From contig CAXXFK010000001.1 in NCBI GenBank assembly GCA_963663965.2, forward strand, positions 128,001-192,000: a stretch of 64,000 bases of DNA, read 5' to 3'. The translations under genes were made by a program, and so were the position numbers. Shown piece after piece: positions 39,398 to 50,204 of this stretch (within the stretch, counting starts at the first letter, position 1; every line of letters starts with the position of its first letter). The notes under the pieces were generated by a model. It saw only the letters and a list, made by a program, of their open reading frames with translations, was not told where the DNA came from and did not search any database. Source of the stretch: Sedimentisphaerales bacterium (lineage in GTDB: Bacteria; Planctomycetota; Phycisphaerae; Sedimentisphaerales; SM23-30).

Positions 39398-40654
39398 TTA
39401 ATTTTCCGGCTTAGCCTCTTCCGGACCCGCCGGGCCAGCCGGTTGCGGTTCTACGGGTGTCGGCGGAACCAGCGCGGGGGTTTCCACTTTAACCTCGCCG
39501 GCAGGCGCCCCGGCCTCACTGCCTTCAGCTTTCTCCGGCGCCGGAATATCCTCAACCAGATCCGCAAACTTCTTGGTCAGGTTGTCCTTCTGCCACGAAA
39601 CCACTTCATAAACCCAGTCGCGGTGCTTCTTGGCAAAATCATCCGACGCCTGCATAGTGTTCAGCCGGGCCTCTTTTTCCTTCAGTTCTTCTTCACTGTC
39701 CTGTTTATTGGGATTAATCGTCACCTTTTCACCGGTGTATTTCGAAGAACATTTCACATACAGCTTATCATCCTTCACACCCAGCTCAAAAGTAGCGATC
39801 GTCTTATCCTTAAGCGTGCAGATATATTTGGAATCGAACTTCAGGTCCGCCGGCGCCTCGGAAGCAGGCATCAAATCATTCATTTCCAGCGAATTAACCG
39901 CCGTGAAAACACGTTCGTAATCGGTTCCCTTGGCCCGCTTACCTTCCGGAATAGACTGCAAAACGGTCTTGTCGCCGTCAGCCACAATCGTATAGTTGCC
40001 GTCCGGCCGTTCCACTTCAACCTTTTCGATATCTTTCTTCTCAACCAGGAACAGCTTCTTTTCCACATAGCTCAGCGCCGACATCTGCAACCACGGTGTG
40101 GTCTCAGCCAGATAAACCTTCTTGGAATCGGCCTCATCTTTGCTTAATCGGCGGACATAACTGCCGCCCTGGCTGGTGCGTTCGCCGACAATCACCCCGG
40201 TGATCAGGTTGCCGTCTTTATCGAAAAATTTGACAACATTCCGCGGCAGCTTCTTATCGCTGTTTTCGTCCGGCTTATTCGCCGGATCGATCTCCGCGAC
40301 ACCCAGCTTCTCATGATTGGCCGGGTTACTGGTAACTAACTGGTTCACCTTAAGATCAAGGCAATCGGCCAGCAGGTTGTTGATTTTTTCGATCTTGCAG
40401 GGATAGTTATATTTACTGGCCAGCACAAAGGTATTCTTGCCCTGACTGACCAGCTTGATCGGTTCGTTCGTATCGCTGCTGGGATCGCCCAGCTCGATCG
40501 AAGCGATCTGAGTCGTGTCCAGACCCTGGATCAGGGGGGTCTCTTCCATCCGTCCGCTGTCAACCGGTTTATTGACATAAAAATTGACGCCAAAGGCAAC
40601 CACTGCCATGATCAGTGCGATCACTGCCAGTTTCGTTAAAGTTTGATCACTCAT
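39398..40654 (-). CDS. DUF4340-domain protein
   Basis: N-terminal TM, NYPCKIEKINNLL, GGSYVRR; last gene of Gld-like ABC operon. Confidence 0.8.
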   Translation of the reverse strand: MSDQTLTKLAVIALIMAVVAFGVNFYVNKPVDSGRMEETPLIQGLDTTQIASIELGDPSSDTNEPIKLVSQGKNTFVLASKYNYPCKIEKINNLLADCLDLKVNQLVTSNPANHEKLGVAEIDPANKPDENSDKKLPRNVVKFFDKDGNLITGVIVGERTSQGGSYVRRLSKDEADSKKVYLAETTPWLQMSALSYVEKKLFLVEKKDIEKVEVERPDGNYTIVADGDKTVLQSIPEGKRAKGTDYERVFTAVNSLEMNDLMPASEAPADLKFDSKYICTLKDKTIATFELGVKDDKLYVKCSSKYTGEKVTINPNKQDSEEELKEKEARLNTMQASDDFAKKHRDWVYEVVSWQKDNLTKKFADLVEDIPAPEKAEGSEAGAPAGEVKVETPALVPPTPVEPQPAGPAGPEEAKPEN

Positions 40655-40745
40655 AATCGTTAATCCTCACAGATATCTGTCGAATTATTTATTACTATCA
40701 GACAAAATTCAAACAGCCAGGCGGCAGGCTTTTAGCCGCCCTTCA

Positions 40746-42794
40746 TCAATCACGGCGCGAGCCCAGGTATCGCCGGCGCTGTATCGCGCGATGGATTCCC
40801 AGCGAAATTGCGATCAGCAGAATGACTGAAGGCGCCGCCAGCATATTGACTTTCTGAACCGTCGCGCCCAGTTGCTCGATCCCTTCGCGCCGCTGGTTCT
40901 GCACCTCAATCAATTCCCGCTGCTTTTCGTTAATCTTGATCTGCAGTTTGCGTTGCTGATCGGCCAGTTCCGAAGCGTCGATAATCATTTGACCTTCCTG
41001 CTTCTTCTTGCTGATCAGATCGCGCAATTCGGTCTGGAAACCTTCGATTTCCTTTTTAATGTCTTCTTCTTTTTCCAGCGTTTTCTTGTCAGCTTCTTTC
41101 TTAATGTCTTCCACCACTGTAAACGGCCGCTGGAAATTGCCTCGGCTGCGTATCGCAATCAGGTCACCCGAGCCCACCAGGTTTTCAATCGAATTGGTCA
41201 TGAGGGCATTGTTGTCACCCACAATCATCGTCCCGAAAAGACTCCGCTGGAACGCGATCATATCACTGATAAAATCGACATCCGCGAAAACAACCACGGC
41301 GCATTCGTTAGCAGCCTCGGTCAAACCGGTCACGGTCTTCAGCTTCGGTGCTGCGTCTGTACTCTTCTCAGTGTCCGCATCCGATTTGTCTTCATCCGCG
41401 GCAGCCTCTTCCACCTGAATGCCATCAGGAAAAGCCGTTTTAAACTTTCCGGTAATCATACAACCCAGCATAACCGGGGCCTTGCCTTCCCGGAAATTCT
41501 TCAACAAACGACTGCCATCCAGCATCATCAACTCATAAGGAGATGATACCGACCAGCTGTTGCCTTTATCGGTGGTGCTGATCAACGGAATAATCGTATT
41601 GTCAGTGGCCGGTGGCTGATCCGGTTTGGCCGCTTCATCTTTCTTATCGCCTTCCTCGTCAGCTGGCGCCTTGGCATCCAGTTTTTCGATAACACCTGGG
41701 AACAGCATCCGCACCTGGTTCAAATTGGATGCGATCACATTGTCCTGATTGAAACAATGAGCCTGCTGGGTCATCTCCAGAAAACCAATCAACATTTCCG
41801 GAGCCGCGTTTTGACGCAATGGAACCGACTGGGCCAGTTCCATGTCACCGGCTAACTGTTTTTCATCGACGTTGACACCCCAGGCGTTCAGCAATTTGTT
41901 AAGATTGGAACTCTGACTGGGCATCTGACCCTGCATCCGCGCCGCCTGATCGGGTTGATCGGCCATGCAATGCGGATCCACACAGACAATCGTGCGTCCT
42001 CCTTTGAGGACATATTGGTCGATGGCGAACAGGGTCTTGTCCGGCAGTTCCTTGGGATGGACCACCATCAGAATATCAATATCCGGTCCGATCTCATCCA
42101 GCTCGGTCTCCAGTTTCTCGACGTCATAACGTTCTCGCAGTAATTGTACAAAGGTCCACGCCGGCTGGGGTTGACGGCCCTGCATCCGCATCATCTGCGC
42201 CATGTAACCATCCATCTCTTCACCGGTTACCGGCAGCGAACTGATAATCCCGATCTTGTTCTTTTCCTTGGCAATCATCGTATCCAGCAGATAGCTGATA
42301 TCGTACTCGATAAAATTCTGCCGGTCCGGAGCAAAAAACTCGATCGTCTTGTTGGCGCCGTATTCAGTCGTGGCTACCAGGCCAAAAAAGAAACCTTCCG
42401 TTTCGGTAATATTGAATCGTTTCAGGTTGTACTTCAGCGCTTCCTGCTCATCATCGGAGAAAGGACGCGGATCGATCACCTGCAATTTGATTTTGCCCTT
42501 GCCCGCGCGCTGATATTCTTCCAGCAGGGCCAGGACATAATGGTAATAATCGTTATAACTTTTAATCTGGTCCGGACCTTTCATGGCCGCCGTTTCAGCG
42601 TAATAGAGCTTAAAAGTAACCGGCTGATTCAGCTTGCCGATAATGCTTTTGGTACCGTCGCTCAGACTGTACAGTTTGTATTGGGTCACATCGATTTTGG
42701 CCGCGCCAAACAGGTTGTGGGCAATACTGATCGCGCTGATCATAATCACAAACACGAAGAAAACAGCCAGAATGAGTTTTAGATTGCGGTTCAT
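40746..42794 (-). CDS. GldG-family ABC auxiliary protein
   Basis: IDVTQYKLYSLSDGT, IDPRPFSD, IEYDIS, IDQYVLKGG, LIAIRSRG. Start overlaps the upstream stop. Confidence 0.88.
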   Translation of the reverse strand: MNRNLKLILAVFFVFVIMISAISIAHNLFGAAKIDVTQYKLYSLSDGTKSIIGKLNQPVTFKLYYAETAAMKGPDQIKSYNDYYHYVLALLEEYQRAGKGKIKLQVIDPRPFSDDEQEALKYNLKRFNITETEGFFFGLVATTEYGANKTIEFFAPDRQNFIEYDISYLLDTMIAKEKNKIGIISSLPVTGEEMDGYMAQMMRMQGRQPQPAWTFVQLLRERYDVEKLETELDEIGPDIDILMVVHPKELPDKTLFAIDQYVLKGGRTIVCVDPHCMADQPDQAARMQGQMPSQSSNLNKLLNAWGVNVDEKQLAGDMELAQSVPLRQNAAPEMLIGFLEMTQQAHCFNQDNVIASNLNQVRMLFPGVIEKLDAKAPADEEGDKKDEAAKPDQPPATDNTIIPLISTTDKGNSWSVSSPYELMMLDGSRLLKNFREGKAPVMLGCMITGKFKTAFPDGIQVEEAAADEDKSDADTEKSTDAAPKLKTVTGLTEAANECAVVVFADVDFISDMIAFQRSLFGTMIVGDNNALMTNSIENLVGSGDLIAIRSRGNFQRPFTVVEDIKKEADKKTLEKEEDIKKEIEGFQTELRDLISKKKQEGQMIIDASELADQQRKLQIKINEKQRELIEVQNQRREGIEQLGATVQKVNMLAAPSVILLIAISLGIHRAIQRRRYLGSRRD

Positions 42795-43525
42795 CAGGCA
42801 GCCTTCCTTTCTTCTAAAACGAGACAACAGGCATAGGTCCATCCAACAATCATCACGGCAAAGTAGGCCAGGTCTTTCAACTCAATCACGCCGCGCTGGA
42901 TCGACTCGAAATGATTCTGAAAACTTAAAGTGGCAATGGCGCTGACCGCGGCCGGCGGAATAGCGCCGCTGACAAATTTCATGGTGGTCGGTAAACCCAG
43001 GAAATAAAGCACGGCACAGGCTACTACCGCCAAAATAAAACTGATCACCTGGTTTTTGGTCATAGCCGAAAAGAAACAGCCCACCGCCAGATAACTGCCG
43101 GCCAGCAGGAAGCAGCCGATATACCCCGAAACGATCTGGCCAATATCCGGATCGCCCAGATAACAGACGGTTATCGGCATGGGAATCGTTAAAAGAATGG
43201 CGATCCCCATAAACAGCCAGGCCGCGATAAACTTGCCCCAGACCGCCTGTGAAGAGGTAATGGGCAACGTCAGTAACAGCTCGATCGAACCGCTCTTGCG
43301 TTCCTCAGCCCACAGCCGCATCGCCGCGGCCGGCACCATAAACACAAACAAGACCGGGATCCATTTAAAGAATAACCGCATGTCTGCCTGGTTGAGATCG
43401 AAAAACTGATCTTTAAAAGGAAGATAGGCGGCAAATGCCAGAAATATCACTAAAAATACATAAGCGACCGGAGTCAGGAAATAACCTTTCAACTCCCGCT
43501 TACAGACTGTCCAGAAACCTTTCAT
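42794..43525 (-). CDS. ABC-2 permease (GldF-like)
   Basis: KRELKGYFLTPVAYV, MRLWAEERKSGSIELLLTLP, TKNQVISF. Confidence 0.92.
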   Translation of the reverse strand: MKGFWTVCKRELKGYFLTPVAYVFLVIFLAFAAYLPFKDQFFDLNQADMRLFFKWIPVLFVFMVPAAAMRLWAEERKSGSIELLLTLPITSSQAVWGKFIAAWLFMGIAILLTIPMPITVCYLGDPDIGQIVSGYIGCFLLAGSYLAVGCFFSAMTKNQVISFILAVVACAVLYFLGLPTTMKFVSGAIPPAAVSAIATLSFQNHFESIQRGVIELKDLAYFAVMIVGWTYACCLVLEERKAA

Positions 43526-43561
43526 GGGTAACGTCTCCTTGTACGATTTCATTCAGATCCA

Positions 43562-44308
43562 TCAGGCACTCTTACGATCGCCGTCCTGAGTGGTGATTTT
43601 ACGGAATACCTCTTCCAGCGAACAATGATACTGCTGTTTCAACGCGGTCGGGGTATCGTCAACCAGAATTCTGCCTTTCGCGACAATAATGCAGCGTGAA
43701 CAGATGGCCTCTACCTCTTCCAGAATATGGGTAGAAACCACAATGCATTTGTCTTTGGACATCTGGCTGATCAATTGGCGAACCTCATGTTTCTGATTCG
43801 GATCCAGACCATCGGTCGGCTCATCCAGAATCAGCACCTTCGGGTCATGGATAATCGCCTGGGCCAAACCCACACGACGGCGATAACCTTTGGACAGCGT
43901 CTCGATCGACTGATGAAAGACCGATCCGATCGAACAGAGCTTGACCGCCCGCTCAATGGCGGCTTTACGCGCGGATCCCTGAATTTCTCGGGCGTCACAG
44001 ATAAAATTTAAAAACGATCCAACCGTCATCTCGCCATAGGCCGGGGCGTTTTCCGCGACATACCCCAGACACTGGCGGACTTTGACCGGGTCTTTAATAA
44101 TATCATGACCGCAGACGGTAGCCGTACCGCTGTCCGGCGCCAGAAAACAGGTGATCATTTTCATCGCCGTGCTTTTTCCCGCGCCATTGGGCCCGAGAAA
44201 TCCCAGCACTTCGCCTTTTTTAACCGAAAACGAAATGCCATCCACTGCGACCAACGGGCCAAAGCTTCGCTTTAAATCTTTTACTTCTAACATATTACTG
44301 TTCTCCAC
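43562..44308 (-). CDS. ABC transporter ATP-binding protein (GldA-like)
   Basis: GPNGAGKST, LSKGYRRRVG, LILDEPTDGLD, STH. Confidence 0.95.
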   Translation of the reverse strand: MENSNMLEVKDLKRSFGPLVAVDGISFSVKKGEVLGFLGPNGAGKSTAMKMITCFLAPDSGTATVCGHDIIKDPVKVRQCLGYVAENAPAYGEMTVGSFLNFICDAREIQGSARKAAIERAVKLCSIGSVFHQSIETLSKGYRRRVGLAQAIIHDPKVLILDEPTDGLDPNQKHEVRQLISQMSKDKCIVVSTHILEEVEAICSRCIIVAKGRILVDDTPTALKQQYHCSLEEVFRKITTQDGDRKSA

Positions 44309-44759
44309 ACAAAATACTTACCTTGTTGGTGAATACCAGCTTCTTGATAGTAATGACCTTTTAGGGTCGTAAACTACATATAACTGCGCGATTTCTGGAT
44401 ATATTGCCTGACCCGGATTATCTTGTTTGTAATCGGATATGAAATCCTGAGCCCAATAGAGCTACTTGAAATCGGGCAAGCGGGTACGAAAACTTAGATT
44501 ATCTATACGAAAAAAATGCTATCCGGTTCGTCGGGTTGCCGATGATAGCAAAACTTTTTCCGTCAGAAACACAACTCATTACTTTATAAGCGATTAGATA
44601 ATAAGCACGTCCTGAAAAAGGTTCATTTTTACCAGAACACCATCCTTATGTCAATACTGAATCCAAATCTGCCGGTTCCATTATCAGCCAATACCCGATA
44701 CCTGTTGACATTCTCCACCTCATTACCAGGTTCTCCCCAAACTGTAAAACTATTCCCAA

Positions 44760-45647
44760 TCAATTCCCATAAATAAGAGCGGCATAGCCCACGCTGTCAC
44801 TGGAACTCTGCCGGTAAACCCGCCGCATCACCTCATCACTGGTAGTATGGGCCAGTAACTGCCCCCGGCTGATTCCCGCGGCACGGGCATAAGCGACCGC
44901 CGCGGCCGCGGCCCCCGCCCCACAGGCATTGTTATAAGTCTGCGCCGAGCCCACCAGCATGTCGCATTTCATATCTAAAGCCATTTGGATAAAATACTTA
45001 TCATTGACGCTCTTCGCCCACTTGATTCCTTCGGCCCCCGTTCCCATCGGAGTATGATAATAGCTCGGTCCGTAATGCGTCAGATCCGTTGAAGCGATAA
45101 CCACCACATTTTTTTCGCATTTTTCCACAATATCATACAGCATCGGCCCCAGATCTGCGGCCTGCTCATTTGCCGGCACCATGATCGGAAGAATGGCTGC
45201 CTGAGGGAATAAATATTGAATAAAAGGGATTTGCACTTCTATTGAGTGCTCATAATTGTGACATTTCGGATCTGAATGAATATATTCCCCGGCATGATCC
45301 AGAATCTGGGCGGCCAGTTGTTCATCAATCTTTATTGAACCCATGGGGGTTTGCCAGGAACCGCTGTCGTAGATGGAGGCAGTGGTCACTCCATGTCGAT
45401 GCACCGCACCCAAAACAATAAATGTCTCACTCGCCTGAACTTGCTTGATTGCCTGAAACACCATACCCGCCAGGTCTCCACTGAAAACCCAACCGGCATG
45501 GGGAACAATGCCTGCCACTATCCGGCTTGGCAACGCCTTGGGCAGATCATTCTGGCGGCTTTCCAGCAACGATTGGATATGCGTTCGACAGCCATCATTA
45601 GTATCGTCATAAAATCGGCCGGCTACGGCCGGAGTTCGTACCAGCAT
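44760..45647 (-). CDS. amrB: AmmeMemoRadiSam system protein B (MEMO1 family)
   Basis: RTPAVAGRFY, PHAGWVFSG, EHSIEVQIPF, ASTDLTHYG, VGYA; aggagg RBS fixes the start at 45647. Confidence 0.92.
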   Translation of the reverse strand: MLVRTPAVAGRFYDDTNDGCRTHIQSLLESRQNDLPKALPSRIVAGIVPHAGWVFSGDLAGMVFQAIKQVQASETFIVLGAVHRHGVTTASIYDSGSWQTPMGSIKIDEQLAAQILDHAGEYIHSDPKCHNYEHSIEVQIPFIQYLFPQAAILPIMVPANEQAADLGPMLYDIVEKCEKNVVVIASTDLTHYGPSYYHTPMGTGAEGIKWAKSVNDKYFIQMALDMKCDMLVGSAQTYNNACGAGAAAAAVAYARAAGISRGQLLAHTTSDEVMRRVYRQSSSDSVGYAALIYGN

Positions 45648-45890
45648 GGTAGCACCTCCTGTCAAAATAAGCGGAATGTCATTTAAGCAGAAAATCGGGC
45701 CGATAGCCAAAAAAGTCCATAACCATATATCTGCTAACAGCTTAGGATCATAAAGCGCTACCGGAGCGCCGGTCATTGACAAATTGACAATAACTTTATA
45801 TATTATACTGCTCTCTATTAATGAAGTGTACTGCCAAGCTGAATCGCTGACAACTTTAAAGACAATAATAATCTTGCGAGTAATAATTTT

Positions 45891-46454
45891 ATGATCAAAG
45901 CAACTGAAATGAAAAAAGGAATGGTACTCAAAATCGACGACAAACCCTGCCTGGTGATTGATTACCAACACGTCAAACTGGGTAAAGGGGGAGCCGTTCT
46001 GCAAACGAAATTCAAAAATATTCTCGATGGCGGCATGATCAATAAACGCATCCGTTCGGAAGAAACCCTCGAACCGATCTTTGTCGAACGGCAGAAATAT
46101 GAATATCTCTACTCGAACGGCAATGAGCATGTCTTCATGCACAAAGAAAACTATGAACAGATCGAGCTGGGCGACGATGTCTTTATCGACGGCACTAAAT
46201 ATTGCAAACCCAATACCGATGTCGAAATTCAGTTCCTCAACGGCAAGCCCCTGTCGATCGACTTACCCAACACCGTCGAACTGGAAATCGTCGACACCCC
46301 CCCGCCGCTGAAAGGCGCGACCGCGACCAATCAATACAAAAAAGCCGAACTGGAAACCGGTGCGATTGTGAACGTGCCGCCTTTCTGTACCGTGGGCGAA
46401 TTGATTCGCGTCGATACCCGCACAGGTGAGTATATCGAACGGGTAAAAAAATAA
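45891..46454 (+). CDS. efp: Elongation factor P
   Basis: HVKLGKGGA, YEYLY, FMHKENYEQ, ETGAIVNVPPF, VDTRTGEY. Confidence 0.95.
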   Translation: MIKATEMKKGMVLKIDDKPCLVIDYQHVKLGKGGAVLQTKFKNILDGGMINKRIRSEETLEPIFVERQKYEYLYSNGNEHVFMHKENYEQIELGDDVFIDGTKYCKPNTDVEIQFLNGKPLSIDLPNTVELEIVDTPPPLKGATATNQYKKAELETGAIVNVPPFCTVGELIRVDTRTGEYIERVKK

Positions 46455-46477
46455 GCCGGATACATTCTGAATTTTCA

Positions 46478-46506
46478 AAGGCAAGTCACTCGACTTGCCT
46501 TTTTTT
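46478..46506 (+). terminator. Terminator after efp
   Basis: aaggcaagtc-act-cgacttgcc followed by T-run. Confidence 0.8.
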
Positions 46507-46536
46507 ATTCCCAATCTTCAGATTATATCAATAAAC

Positions 46537-46561
46537 AAAGCCGGGCCAAAACCCGGCTTTG
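46537..46561 (-). terminator. Hairpin after the convergent gene
   Basis: aaagccggg-ccaaaa-cccggcttt. Confidence 0.65.
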
Positions 46562-46591
46562 CTGTTGTCATACCTTTTGATATCGATCCGG

Positions 46592-47987
46592 CTACAGGAT
46601 ACAACCGGCTTTAACCGTCATGCATTCCAGCCAGCTGCCGGCCAGAATCGCGAAATCTTCCAGGTTGGTCTGGCAATCGCCATTGATATCGCCATGGCCA
46701 TTGGGATACCTGCCGCCTAAATCATCATTCGGATCTTCCCGGGCAGCCTCAATACAGGTACCATAAACCCCCACATTCATCGTATCCGAACCAACGCCTG
46801 ATTCATCCTCAACTTCCAGAGTCAGGAATAACCAGCCGCTGCCGGTAGCGCTGAAGGTGGCCTCAACGGTACCGGAGCCCTCACCCGGGGTCCAGGTCTC
46901 ACTGACCTTGGTCACTGTACCACCGCCCTCGTGGGTGCCTTGTACCCATTCCGCGCGCGAAATCGTACTCTTGCCATCATCGGTATAGCTGCCCATAACC
47001 GTAAAGGTCACCTTCGCAGGATCGCCATCGCCATCAGGCATGTATATCCAGTTATACTGATCCGCCCCGGCATCGACAACCGCCGGAACATCGCCAACAA
47101 CAAATGTCCAAACCTCACTGGGAGTCACAATAGCCGGTCCCGGCGTATTGGGATCCAGACTATCTACCCGCCAGTAATAGGGCATGCCGTTATCATTCAG
47201 CGTCACACCCGCTCCCGCCAGATCAACCATCCCATCAGTCACATTACTGGCAATCAAATCCAGATTATTGGGATCCTGGCTCAGATAAACGGAACAACTG
47301 ATCGTATCGCCCTCTTTACGCGGATCCGGATTATTCCAGCTTAAAGCGGCTAAATTCAGGGGCACTTCTTCGCCCTCCGCGGGATTGGGGTTATACGCCT
47401 GACCAACCAGATTGGGATTAACCAGTTTCCAGTCATCGGTATAGATCACCCCATCCGCCTGGCCGACTCTGCCAAATGGAGCAATTTTGGGGGCAATGCT
47501 GTTATTCCAGCAAGTGGTGGAATATTCGAAATACTGCCACTCGGCTGTGGGTGTGATGGTAATGATATCATTTCCCTGCCAGTTCCCGCCATTATACTGG
47601 TCAAATCCAAATTCAACTTTCGATGGCGGATTAGCCGGATCAATCTTGACCCAGCAGCTGAACGTATAAGGCTCGTTCTGAACGGCATTTACCTTCGCCG
47701 AACCGACAACGGGATATGGTGTGCCACCGATTGCGTTGCCGGCCAGTTTCCAGTAGCCATTGCCGCTATGTGCGGTAATACCAGTATTGCTCGTATATTC
47801 CACCTCATGATCGATATTATCCCAGTTTGTATCGTTGGTCCAGACGCCAAATCCTTCCGATATCTGGCTGCCATAACCATCGTCAGCGCTGACCTCAAAT
47901 CCGCTCTCAACGCCACTATCTCGCAGAATATCCGCCTGGACCGCCACTGTTAATCCCAAAACAACCATCAGGAGCGCTAATAACTTC
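46592..47987 (-). pseudogene. Secreted CBM-like/Ig-like protein with C-terminal dockerin-like motif; start codon removed at the ISL3 boundary
   Basis: Signal reads ..KLLALLMVVLGLTVAVQA up to the IS end with no upstream ATG; YYWRVD, VVDAGADQ, GDINGDCQTNLEDFAILAGSWL. Confidence 0.7.
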
Positions 47988-49312
47988 GGCTCATCCGGTT
48001 AATGAGTAGTTTTGGTTATGGATATGATGGATCCGGAGATAGAAGTATTCCTGATCGCGGTAGCCATGAGCCATTCGTTGCAGCAGGCCGATTTTACGGT
48101 TATTGACTTCGACCTTGCTGGTGCTGATGGGATGGTCATACCAATTGAGCAGGAAGGGTTTCCAGAGTTGCAGTTGTTTGGCGGCATCCAGCAGGATCCG
48201 AATCCCGCTGGTTTGCGCCTGGCTGATCCAGCGTTTGAGTTCCTGTTCAGCCAGCGGAGCCGTGATCGCATCAAAAAGGAGACGAAGCCGTTCTTTCATG
48301 TAATAGGCGGTGGCCAGCGGCTGGTTGAGTTGCAGAGCTTCCTGCAACCGGCGCCGTTCATCTTTGGCGCTATCGACATGAGATTTAAGGTTCTCCGGTG
48401 CTTTGAGCAGCAGCCAGCGGCTGCCTTTGAGTACCGCTTTGCCCATGGTATCGGCCTCCCGGTATAAATCCCGGCGTAAACTGGTCAGTTTGTCGTTAAA
48501 CCATTTGACCAGATGAAAATGGTCCAGCACCAGTTTGGCTTGCGGCAGTTCTTTCAGGACACTGGTCATAAAACCACTGGCCATATCGGTAGCCACCGCG
48601 GCAATCACCGCCCGGCTGCGTCGGACACGCCCCCAGAATCCCACCAGGGCCTCTTGGCCTTTGCCCTGGCCGATATGCAAAATTTGACCGCTTTCCAGGT
48701 CGGTTACCAGCGTGATGTATTTGCTTTTCCTGCCCAGATACAATTCGTCAATCCCCAGATAACGAACCTTTTTCAGGGAAATCTTTCGGTACCGTCGACC
48801 TAGCCAGGACTTATGAATCGATTTGATGGTATCCCAGCTTAAGCCGGTCCGTCGGGCCACCTCTTGCAGGGAAGCCGCCTGACATAAATCGATGACATAC
48901 CGTTCCAACGCATGGGTGTAATGCTTCTTGGGGTCGGCAAAAGGCAGATGAGGCTGACGAATGGCCCCGCACGTCTGACATTTCAATCGGGGAATCGTGA
49001 CAAGCAACTCCATTTGACGCAGACCGGCGGGCACCATGGCAAACCTCCGGGCCTTGTGACCGAAGTAAATGAAATTACCGGAGTTACAACAAGGGCAACG
49101 CAGACTATCCGCCGGCAAGATGCCGTGAATCACGCTCTTGCCCGCAAAAATATTCTGTCTTTTGGTATTGAACACCTCGAACACCAAAAGTATGATACAA
49201 CATACTTGTGGACATGACTTTAGCTCCTAATATGAGGTTTTATTTTTTTCCTCAAACAGTAAAGTCATGTCTCTCTTTTTGCAACATTAACTACTCATTT
49301 TTCGGATGAACC
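47988..49312 (-). mobile_element. ISL3-family insertion sequence (1325 bp)
   Basis: Terminal IRs ggctcatccggttaatgagtag and ggttcatccgaaaaatgagtag. No target duplication visible. Confidence 0.92.
47991..49215 (-). CDS. ISL3 transposase, one apparent +1 frameshift near the 5' end
   Basis: MSTSMLYHTFG start; CPCC..CQTC; LGIDE, ATDM, VLDHFH, VEVNNRKI, HGYRD. Confidence 0.92.
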
Positions 49313-49475
49313 TTTTTATTAACCCGCTGAAACGTCACCTCTCCTCAAATCACAGCGCTACGATTCCTGTTGACAATTACACTGCGGCGGATATGATGAA
49401 TCATCGTTCTGCGGATTTGTTGCTCCCGCCAGATGTCCTGCGGGCTTGACCAGTAATTCCGTATGAGAACACTTT

Positions 49476-50171
49476 ATGGTTTCTCACCGTTTTGCCAGTA
49501 TCAGAAAACACTTTCTTTCCGGCTTGATCATGATCCTGCCGCTGGCAATCACCTTTCTGGTCTTTCGCTTCATCATCAATATGCTGGCGGGAATATTTAC
49601 CCCGGTGCTGGCGAAGGTCGCTCCGGACCTGCCCATCTGGGTCAAATATGGGTTGGCCGTTTCCGTCCTGTTTTGCCTGATCTGCCTGCTGGGTCTGTTT
49701 GCCAGCAACCTGCTGGGCCGCTGGCTCTGGGCGCGCTTTGAATCCCTGCTGCTGCACATCCCCTTGATGAATACTATCTATAGCGCCGCCCGCGATATCA
49801 TCCGGGTCTTTCACAACCCCGAACAAACCCACGCCAGAGAAGTCGTTCTGGTGGATTTCCCCCATCCGGATATGAAAGCCCTCGGATTCGCCACCGGCAA
49901 GCTTTATGGCCAGAATGGCAGGCTCTATCATAAAGTATTTATCCCAACGGCGCCTAACCCGACCACCGGATTTCTGGAACTTGTTGAAGATGCCAAAGTT
50001 ACTCGCACTGATCTTTCTGTGGAAGAATTTATCAAAATGCTTATGTCTGGCGGGATTCTCGGTCCACAGACCCTGGAGACCCTGGCTCGTGCCAATAAAC
50101 CGCAAGGCCACACCCCGGATAATGGCCAGCCAGAACCCTCCGGCCAGACAACTCCGGATCATCAAATATAA
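49476..50171 (+). CDS. DUF502 membrane protein
   Basis: FLSGLIMILPLAIT, IPLMNTIYSA, VFIPTAPNPTTGFL. Confidence 0.92.
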   Translation: MVSHRFASIRKHFLSGLIMILPLAITFLVFRFIINMLAGIFTPVLAKVAPDLPIWVKYGLAVSVLFCLICLLGLFASNLLGRWLWARFESLLLHIPLMNTIYSAARDIIRVFHNPEQTHAREVVLVDFPHPDMKALGFATGKLYGQNGRLYHKVFIPTAPNPTTGFLELVEDAKVTRTDLSVEEFIKMLMSGGILGPQTLETLARANKPQGHTPDNGQPEPSGQTTPDHQI

Positions 50172-50204
50172 CCATACTAAAAATTGTAGGGCAGGAGTTT
50201 ATCA

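Noticed and set aside
44400..44560. Possible c-di-GMP-I riboswitch (gggcaa..cgggttgccga)
   Set aside because: The core P1/P2 elements could not be matched and the orientation is opposite to the adjacent ABC operon.
45648..46142. 165-aa N-terminal extension of AmrB in the ORF track
   Set aside because: It is largely antisense to efp, and a clear RBS plus the family start motif place the start at 45647.
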